The position numbers and the translations under genes were made by a program. This document shows, one piece after another, positions 57,668-64,000 of a stretch of 64,000 nt of DNA. How positions within the stretch are numbered: position 1 is the first letter of the stretch; each line of letters opens with the position of its first letter. Origin of the DNA: Candidatus Doudnabacteria bacterium (lineage in GTDB: Bacteria; Patescibacteriota; Doudnabacteria; UBA920; O2-02-FULL-48-8); contig JBDTSL010000002.1 in assembly GCA_039931165.1 (NCBI GenBank), positions 71,134-135,133 on the forward strand. Reading direction: 5' to 3'. The notes under the pieces are model-generated. The model had not been told where the DNA came from. It saw nothing but the letters and a program-made list of their open reading frames with translations, and made no database searches.

Positions 57668-58234
57668 TCAACCAGTAAAACCAATCGTCCGTGGGTTACT
57701 GGAATATTCCAAATCCTTCAGCAAACTGACGTACTCTTTCAGCATTTCCGCCGGGATGTTTTCCTGCGCCGTATCCAGAATCAGATTATAGTAGGCCATC
57801 ATGTGCTGTCTCGAGGCATTAAACTTATCCCAAAATTTGTCCCCGTAAATTTTCAGGTTGTCTTTCAAGTCCCGCATATTGGATATAGCATCCGCGGATT
57901 TGAGAAACATGGCCATTTTTGACCGCCCCATCCGGACAAGTACATCATCTTTCCGCTTGATCCAATCCTTGATCGCTTTATTTTCGGTGACCATATCCAC
58001 CAGCTCGGCCACACCCGGCCCGAACTCCTGCCGCATTTCTTCCGATGTGTATTTGGTATCCTCGATGGTATCGTGCAGGATCGCTGCGGCGATAACCTCT
58101 TCGTTTGGAGTAAACCTGGCCATCAGCATGGCGACTTCCAAAGGATGGACGATGAACGGTGTTTCCTCATCCTTGCGCAGCTGGCCCTGATGCAGGGTCA
58201 TGGCTTTAATTGTAGCTTTTCTGACTAATCCCAT
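57668..58234 (-). CDS. HD-domain hydrolase, RelA/SpoT/Mesh1-like (small alarmone hydrolase-like)
   Basis: HQGQLRK..TPFIVHPLEVA...AAILHDTIEDT...KSADAISNM. Confidence 0.9.
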   Translation of the reverse strand: MGLVRKATIKAMTLHQGQLRKDEETPFIVHPLEVAMLMARFTPNEEVIAAAILHDTIEDTKYTSEEMRQEFGPGVAELVDMVTENKAIKDWIKRKDDVLVRMGRSKMAMFLKSADAISNMRDLKDNLKIYGDKFWDKFNASRQHMMAYYNLILDTAQENIPAEMLKEYVSLLKDLEYSSNPRTIGFTG

Positions 58235-58257
58235 ATTTTTCCTTTCGTTTAAAAATT

Positions 58258-58283
58258 AAAAAACTCTTCCCACGAGGAAAGAG
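58258..58283 (-). terminator. Riboswitch expression-platform terminator
   Basis: Minus strand CTCTTTCC-TCGT-GGGAAGAG-TTTTTT, between the aptamer and the RBS. Confidence 0.8.
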
Positions 58284-58298
58284 AAATAAAAAATCGAC

Positions 58299-58408
58299 CA
58301 TTTATCTTTCCCCGAAGGGCTGAAGTTGGCACCTTCTTTAGGTTATCAATCTAAAGGGTTGCCGGTAGGGTCATAAGGTCAGTTCCTTCGCCTACTCTCT
58401 TGATAGTT
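58299..58408 (-). ncRNA. SAM-I (S-box) riboswitch
   Basis: Minus strand CTATCAAGAG...GAAGGAACTGACCTTATGA...CCGGCAACC...AAGGTGCCAACTTC...GAAAGATA. Confidence 0.88.
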
Positions 58409-58428
58409 AACTATTCAATTGTAAATTA

Positions 58429-58457
58429 ATTATACTCCTATTTCGTAAAATAGTCAA
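58429..58457 (-). promoter_or_regulatory. Sigma-70 promoter of the riboswitch leader
   Basis: TTGACT-N17-TATAAT. Confidence 0.8.
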
Positions 58458-58482
58458 ATTTTACCACAATTTCTAATACAAA

Positions 58483-59367
58483 TTACTTTAGTTGTGGAAA
58501 TTTAATTTTTCTAGGAGCTTTATCCATAATAGTCTGCGGGGTATAAGACCAAAAGTTTATAAAACAATTTGGATTATTTGTACGTAATCCTTTTTTTGTC
58601 TGAAAAGAAATGGGTAAATTGTTTTTTCTACAAGCAGAATAAAATCTTTTAAGAACGTGGAATTTTTCCTCTTCGGCAGGAGTAAAATTAATTTCTTTAT
58701 TAGGTGTCGGAATTAGCTCCAATTGCTTGCTCTTAGTCCGTTCCCATTCGATGAATTTTTCAAAATGACCCCAGGAATAAGATCCTAAACCAGCAAACAA
58801 ATCCGAAACTTGTATTAAGGGCATGGAATGCGATGGGGTAGGAATAATCGATAACAATTTAACTCTCTGAAACTTAGAGACCATCCTAAAAAGATCATTA
58901 ACAAAATTATGTTTTTTACCATTAATACAATCCCACAAAACGTTCCAATCGACTGAGGATTGGTTGTCAGGAAACCATCTCCAAGAATGCCCGTCGATTG
59001 GCCATCTCTGGCTCAGTATTGACGAAATTAAATGATAATACATTCTAACCAAATTGGCATTATCATCTCTGTGTATTATTCCTCTATGCCTTGAGTCCAG
59101 TAAATCCCAAATAATTACATCTATTCTTAGTTTATCCCTGTTTAAAAAAATAAAATCGAGTATTTTTTCTGCTGCAAATCGGTACTTCGCACTGCTCAAT
59201 TTTCCCCATTTAAATTCTTTGCCAACATCCGAATTTTTATAGATTTCTAAAAGACCTGCATTCAATCGTTTAATATGATCACGGTTTACAGTTAAAACTG
59301 CTAAACTATTGAAGCGGCCCTGATGATGTTTCGAATCATCCGAAAAAGCAAAATGTGTTGGTAGCAT
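58483..59367 (-). CDS. DUF3800-like protein
   Basis: N-terminal FSDDS, EFKW, C-terminal IQVSDLFAG (QxxD); AT-rich. Confidence 0.75.
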   Translation of the reverse strand: MLPTHFAFSDDSKHHQGRFNSLAVLTVNRDHIKRLNAGLLEIYKNSDVGKEFKWGKLSSAKYRFAAEKILDFIFLNRDKLRIDVIIWDLLDSRHRGIIHRDDNANLVRMYYHLISSILSQRWPIDGHSWRWFPDNQSSVDWNVLWDCINGKKHNFVNDLFRMVSKFQRVKLLSIIPTPSHSMPLIQVSDLFAGLGSYSWGHFEKFIEWERTKSKQLELIPTPNKEINFTPAEEEKFHVLKRFYSACRKNNLPISFQTKKGLRTNNPNCFINFWSYTPQTIMDKAPRKIKFPQLK

Positions 59368-59490
59368 AAATTTATAATATTAGTGGGAAAATCATCACAC
59401 AAACTACTTGAAAAATCAACCTAAATTCCAATATCTAAAAAGAATAAAAAACCGGATCCCATGGAAATTGTTCCACGAAACCCGGAGGGA

Positions 59491-59832
59491 CTACTTCGCA
59501 AACGCGCGGCGGAAATCGTCCACGCTCGAGCTGTTCGTAAACCGCGCGATGACCGGCCCGTGCAGATTATTCAGCCGCAGTTCGATCGACCCGCCGTCGG
59601 CATGAGCGTAGCTGAAGGCGTAAGGTTTGCCGCTGAGCTTGCACCACAGCACGTTGCACATCGAGCCTTGGTGGGAGCGGACCCGGATCGATCCCACGTC
59701 CACGTTGGCTACCAGATACCCGATGAGCGGGAAGACGATTGCCTTGATATTCGGCCCGTGGTGATTCGCCCGGCGAATGACGCCGGCAAAGTACTCCTTC
59801 AGTGTTTCCAGTGTCGTCACGTTTACTGACAT
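59491..59832 (-). CDS. Small protein resembling the integron cassette protein VCH_CASS14 family
   Basis: YFAGVIRRANHH...NVLW...YAFSY.H....IELR (recognised from memory); own promoter and GAGGAGG RBS. Confidence 0.55.
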   Translation of the reverse strand: MSVNVTTLETLKEYFAGVIRRANHHGPNIKAIVFPLIGYLVANVDVGSIRVRSHQGSMCNVLWCKLSGKPYAFSYAHADGGSIELRLNNLHGPVIARFTNSSSVDDFRRAFAK

Positions 59833-59983
59833 AGAGCCTCCTCAAGGTTGCCCGGTCCCGTGTTTGTTTGGAGGCTAAGTATAGTCGGTACAGACGAAAG
59901 AATCAAGAGGAAGAACAGTGCAAACAAAAAGCCGCCTGGTGGAAAAAATCCCAGACGGCGCAAAGCAAACGTGGTCCAAGAAT

Positions 59984-60196
59984 TCAGCTCCTGGCGAGCC
60001 ATCCTTCCAGATCCCTGATCTGCTGATCGGTCTGGGCCGGGCAATCGCCGGTGATGCCCTCGACCGAATAGGGATCGGTGCCGCGGGCCCTGACCAGGTC
60101 CCGGAGGCGCTCGCGGATCCGATGCGGAGTTTCGACAGGAGCGGGCGCGGACGGCGCGGACGAACGGTCTAACAGTTCAGTAGCCGCTAGGCTCAT
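59984..60196 (-). CDS. Orphan hypothetical protein
   Basis: TTGACA-N17-TACAAT promoter and AAGGAGGT RBS. Confidence 0.6.
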   Translation of the reverse strand: MSLAATELLDRSSAPSAPAPVETPHRIRERLRDLVRARGTDPYSVEGITGDCPAQTDQQIRDLEGWLARS

Positions 60197-60250
60197 ATAC
60201 TACCTCCTTGAAAACGTATTTAAATTGTAAATCCATTTTTTTCGGTTGTC

Positions 60251-60292
60251 AAAAAAAGACCCTCCGCCAACTGGCGGATTGGGTCTTTTTTT
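60251..60292. terminator. Terminator with a 16-bp hairpin in its loop
   Basis: AAAAAAAGACCC[TCCGCCAACTGGCGGA]TTGGGTCTTTTTTT. Confidence 0.8.
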
Positions 60293-60305
60293 TCGTTTAG
60301 ATTTT

Positions 60306-61013
60306 CTACTTTTTGATCAAACTTGCGTTGGTGAAATTCGCCAGAGTTCCGGAAGCACTCAGCGTCACGTCTCTGCTGACCAGCGCGGTCAGATCTTGTT
60401 TGGTTTTCAGGTAAACCTTGGTCAAACCGGATACCACCATGTAGTTGCCCTTTGCTTGCTGGTCCGAGACGTGCAAACTGCCGGTGAATGTGACTTTGCC
60501 TTCGGTCTCGGCAGTGGGCGCGGAAGGCGCCTCGTTATCGGGTACGCCTCCCACATCAGCGCCTAAAACATCACCGGGCTTGGAGAGGCCCAGGAATGTA
60601 AATTTTTGCAGGGTTCCCTCGGCCCGCAGGTCCACGGCCTGGTCCATCAGGGTGGAGTAATCGCGCGCGGTGTGAATGTAAATTTTTCCTTTCGAACCAT
60701 CCACCACCAGATTGCCTTTGGCGGTGTTATCCGAAGTTTTCAGAACCCCGCTGGCGGCAATGTTGCCGGCAGAGTCCGTTTGCGCGGGCGAGGCAGGCTT
60801 AACGGTCAGTCCGTTTGAATTAACCGGCGGGGGCGGAACTTCGGCAGTATTGCCGGCAACGCTGTCGCCTGATTCCTGCTCCGGGTTTGGTTTATTCCCT
60901 ACTCTGGCCAGGACGATCAGCGCCACTATCACCACAATCAGACCGCCTATCATGTAAATTTGGGTTTTGGACTCTTTTAGATTTTTGTTTTGGCTGCTTT
61001 CGGTTTGGTCCAT
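60306..61013 (-). CDS. Membrane-anchored protein with two tandem beta domains
   Basis: TM segment; repeated G.L..SD..AKGN...K.Y..T..D...L....V.L.A.GTL..FT. Confidence 0.75.
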   Translation of the reverse strand: MDQTESSQNKNLKESKTQIYMIGGLIVVIVALIVLARVGNKPNPEQESGDSVAGNTAEVPPPPVNSNGLTVKPASPAQTDSAGNIAASGVLKTSDNTAKGNLVVDGSKGKIYIHTARDYSTLMDQAVDLRAEGTLQKFTFLGLSKPGDVLGADVGGVPDNEAPSAPTAETEGKVTFTGSLHVSDQQAKGNYMVVSGLTKVYLKTKQDLTALVSRDVTLSASGTLANFTNASLIKK

Positions 61014-61148
61014 ATTGTTCCAAAAATTAATTGTAAAAGTCCGACATACTACGGATAGTATATATAAATATGGAAACTTTACAACCGGGGTCATATTCCC
61101 GCGATACCCTTGACAAAACCGTCATTTTAATGTAATCTTATATGTTAT

Positions 61149-61904
61149 ATGAGATTACGAATTCTTGCGACAACTACAGCTTCAATACTGTTACTGACAA
61201 TACCGTTATTTGTCGGCGCTTCTTCTCGCGTGGCCGTAAAGACCAAAACCATAGCCGCAACGGTTAAACCGGTTGCCCAAATCCGCGTCCCGGCCGCGAC
61301 TTTATTTGACCGAGTCAGCCCTTCGGTGGTTGAAGTCGGCTGTAATCTCGGCAGCGGCTTTGTATTTGACCATAACGGATATATTCTGACCAATGCTCAC
61401 GTCGTGGCAGGCTTCAGCACATGTAATATAAAACTGAACAATAATGTCATTTTGATCGGCACAGTTGTCGGGACCGACCCGGTCAACGATCTGGCTGTGA
61501 TCAAAATTGATCAAGACTTGCCGGTTCTGGCTTTGGGCGATTCTTCGCAGTCAGCGCTAACCCAAGGATCAAAAATCTATTTACTGGGCCATCCTCTGGG
61601 AGTATCGAACACCATCATCACTCAAGGAACCCTGACTTCAAGACATCAGATTTCTAATTTGAATTATTTGACCACTGACGCGGCCGTACAAGCCGGCAAC
61701 AGCGGCGGGCCGTGGGTCAATGAATCCGGCCAAGTGGTGGGTATGCACGAAGGTATTTTGGGAAATCCCGACGGCACAGCTTCCGGGATTGGGCTGGGCA
61801 TTCCGGTCAACACAATCAAAAACATGGTCCCGACATTAAAAGAGCCTGTTACGGCTACTGTTGCCGAAAAACTTCCGTTCGTCAGCTGGTTCGGCAGTTT
61901 CTAA
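61149..61904 (+). CDS. Trypsin-like (HtrA/S1C) serine protease without a PDZ domain
   Basis: GSGF, TNAHVV, DLAV, GNSGGP. Confidence 0.92.
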   Translation: MRLRILATTTASILLLTIPLFVGASSRVAVKTKTIAATVKPVAQIRVPAATLFDRVSPSVVEVGCNLGSGFVFDHNGYILTNAHVVAGFSTCNIKLNNNVILIGTVVGTDPVNDLAVIKIDQDLPVLALGDSSQSALTQGSKIYLLGHPLGVSNTIITQGTLTSRHQISNLNYLTTDAAVQAGNSGGPWVNESGQVVGMHEGILGNPDGTASGIGLGIPVNTIKNMVPTLKEPVTATVAEKLPFVSWFGSF

Positions 61905-61918
61905 AACATTGCAATAAT

Positions 61919-61949
61919 AAAACAGCGGCTTCGCAGCCGCTGTTTTTTT
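61919..61949. terminator. Bidirectional intrinsic terminator
   Basis: AAAACAGCGGCT-TCGC-AGCCGCTGTTTTTTT. Confidence 0.88.
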
Positions 61950-62338
61950 TATTTACCGGCCTGTCTTCTTTTGTGCTCAGCGTTCCGCACTTGTCCTTCA
62001 TCCATGCCGAAGTGGTGGGCGATCTCGTGCCAGACGGTGTTTTTAACAATTTGCTTGACAATATCGGGATTATTTCCGGATGCCAGTTCGATCGGTTTGC
62101 GGAAGATCGTAATTTTATCCGGCAGGACCGAGGTATAATTCACGCCCCTTTTGTTCTGGGGCACGCCTTCATACAAGCCGAACAGAGTGCCGCCGTGGAC
62201 CAGATTAAATTTAGCCAGCTGGGCATACGTCGGCTCGTCGGCGATAGTGACCGCGACATTATCGAGCAGGTCCAAAAACTTTTTCGGGATCGCTTCCACG
62301 CCTTCATTCACCAGTTGTTCGAATTCTTCTTCGGTCAT
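61949..62338 (-). CDS. Minimal zincin-like metallopeptidase
   Basis: LFGLYEGVP, PDKITIFR, HEIAHHFG. Confidence 0.9.
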   Translation of the reverse strand: MTEEEFEQLVNEGVEAIPKKFLDLLDNVAVTIADEPTYAQLAKFNLVHGGTLFGLYEGVPQNKRGVNYTSVLPDKITIFRKPIELASGNNPDIVKQIVKNTVWHEIAHHFGMDEGQVRNAEHKRRQAGK

Positions 62339-62342
62339 GATG

Positions 62343-63413
62343 TTATTTTATAGTATTATTCTCTACTTTCAAAACCAGCGCGCCTTCGGAAACCCGCGGC
62401 AGATGGCGCTCTTCCGTGGAGGTGATAAAGATCTGGTGGCCGGACAGATTCTCGATCAGTTTCGCACGCCTGACCTCGTCCAGTTCCGAGAACACGTCGT
62501 CCAGAAGTATAATTGGTTTTTTGCCGGCCTCGGACAAATATTCGGCCTGAAGCAGTTTCAGGGCCAGGATCTGAGCCCGCAGTTCTCCTCTGGATGAGCT
62601 GTAAAGATTCGGTTCGTTGTTTTTTTTGATCTCAAAGTCATCCCGGTGCGGCCCGACCAAGTTTTTCCCGGAACGGATCTCGGCCTGCTTATGAACTTCT
62701 AAATATTCCAGGATTGCGGCTTCGGAACTCGCTTCGGTTCTTTTATATTCCACCAAATAACTATCGTTAAAGCCGGTTAAGTCCTGAATTTTGCCCTGTA
62801 TTTTCAAATTTAAAAAATCGATAAACTTTTGCCTGGTGTTTGTGATCCGAAACGCGATCGGGGCCAGCTGCTGGTTCCAAAAATCCAGCTGTTCGGTTTG
62901 CTCTGGCCCGGCTCCTGCGGTATAAATCTGCTCCAGCAAAGCCGATTTTTGCTTCAGGACATGGTCCAGGGATTCCAGGTCCATACTGTATGCCTGGTCT
63001 GTCTGGCTGAGGGTTTCGTCCAGATATTTGCGGCGCAGGATCGGGCCGAGATGGAACAGGTTCAGGTCATTGGGCACAAACAGCACCACCGGGAACGGCT
63101 GCCAAAAACCGCGTTTGGTTTTCAGGTCGTCCAGCTTGAACTGGCGCTTGAGAACCGGTACGGTCTGCAGTATCGCTTCCAGCTTCCGGGCGCCATAAAG
63201 TCCGGTCAGGCTGAAAAAATCTTCCTGGTTTTTCACCAGCAGGTTATCCGGTGCCCGAAACGATTTTAAGCGGGACAGAAAATAAATACTTTCCAAAAAA
63301 TTGGTTTTACCCGCGGCGTTGGGTCCCAGGATCAAAACTAAATCAGCATCAATTGCGATGCTGATCTTTTTGTAGTTGCGGAAATTTTCGAGCGAGATAT
63401 TTTGAAGGCGCAT
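62343..63413 (-). CDS. recF: DNA replication/repair protein RecF
   Basis: NFRNY, GPNAAGKTN, GPHRDD, LLDDVFSELD. Confidence 0.96.
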   Translation of the reverse strand: MRLQNISLENFRNYKKISIAIDADLVLILGPNAAGKTNFLESIYFLSRLKSFRAPDNLLVKNQEDFFSLTGLYGARKLEAILQTVPVLKRQFKLDDLKTKRGFWQPFPVVLFVPNDLNLFHLGPILRRKYLDETLSQTDQAYSMDLESLDHVLKQKSALLEQIYTAGAGPEQTEQLDFWNQQLAPIAFRITNTRQKFIDFLNLKIQGKIQDLTGFNDSYLVEYKRTEASSEAAILEYLEVHKQAEIRSGKNLVGPHRDDFEIKKNNEPNLYSSSRGELRAQILALKLLQAEYLSEAGKKPIILLDDVFSELDEVRRAKLIENLSGHQIFITSTEERHLPRVSEGALVLKVENNTIK

Positions 63414-63426
63414 AGGCCGAACTCTT

Positions 63427-64000
63427 TCAGAGCTTGATCGGCATGACTATATAAGTATAGTTGTCGCGGCCGGCGGGAGTGATCGCCGCCGGGGAAGCGT
63501 CGTTGATCATTTTGAAATTTATGCTTGGTTCAGAAAGATTATTCAGACAATCCAGCAGATAGCGGAAATTGAACACCGCTTTGTTTTCGTCCCCCGTGAC
63601 CTTGGCTTTGATCTTGGTGGTGTTCTCGCCTGAGGCCATGGAAGCGGCTGTCACGGTTATCCCCGTGGATTTTACTTCCAAATTGACATTGTTTGAGTCC
63701 GGGGCGAACAATGAAGCGGCCTTAAGCGCGTGCATGAACTCTTCCCGCTCTACCACGGCTTCGGTTTTGAATTCTTTGGGGATGATCTGCCGATAATCCG
63801 GATATGAGCCGTCGATCAGGCGGGAAATCAGTTCGGTTTCGTCAAACTTGAATAAAACCTGGCTATCGGAAAAGTAGATCTCTACCTGGCCCTGCCCGAT
63901 GGTCAGGATTTTGTACAGTTCAGCCACGGTCCTGGCCGGGATGATCACCTCTTTGGTGCCGGTGGCCGGTTCCAGAAGATGCGCTGTTCTTTCTGCCAGG
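63427..64000 (-). CDS. dnaN: DNA polymerase III beta clamp (C-terminal part; runs off the window edge)
   Basis: SRLIDGSYPDY..IIP, FNFRYLLD, IVMPIKL. Confidence 0.95.
   Translation of the reverse strand, partial: LAERTAHLLEPATGTKEVIIPARTVAELYKILTIGQGQVEIYFSDSQVLFKFDETELISRLIDGSYPDYRQIIPKEFKTEAVVEREEFMHALKAASLFAPDSNNVNLEVKSTGITVTAASMASGENTTKIKAKVTGDENKAVFNFRYLLDCLNNLSEPSINFKMINDASPAAITPAGRDNYTYIVMPIKL

Overview
Bacterial chromosomal segment, probably from a Patescibacteria (CPR) genome. This is inferred from weak Shine-Dalgarno use, a short TsaB, an ECF sigma/DUF5667 pair and CPR-type surface repeats. It probably lies near oriC, since dnaN-recF sits at the right edge and most genes are on the minus strand. 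The housekeeping backbone is rpsR, efp, gdhA, two trxB-like genes, folD, tsaD/B/E, valS, rpoBC, ruvAB, uvrB, rpsT, polA, pilB, recF, dnaN and tRNA-Glu. Two AT-rich defence islands interrupt it. The first is an AbrB-like gene plus a type IIG restriction-modification (R-M) fusion, bounded by a perfect 26-bp inverted repeat and a 5-bp direct repeat, with no recombinase gene. The second is an MboII-like type IIS cluster with three extra nucleases, downstream of a SAM-I riboswitch-controlled HD hydrolase. The window also carries several families of tiny palindromic insertions: 30-bp twin hairpins (in rpoB, femAB, a signal peptide and a duplicated tRNA half next to a GIY-YIG gene), larger RPE-like palindromes, a ~120-nt structured leader present twice, and 7-bp-periodic arrays both between genes and translated in tsaD and valS. 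All protein assignments come from motif recognition by eye; no database search was run.
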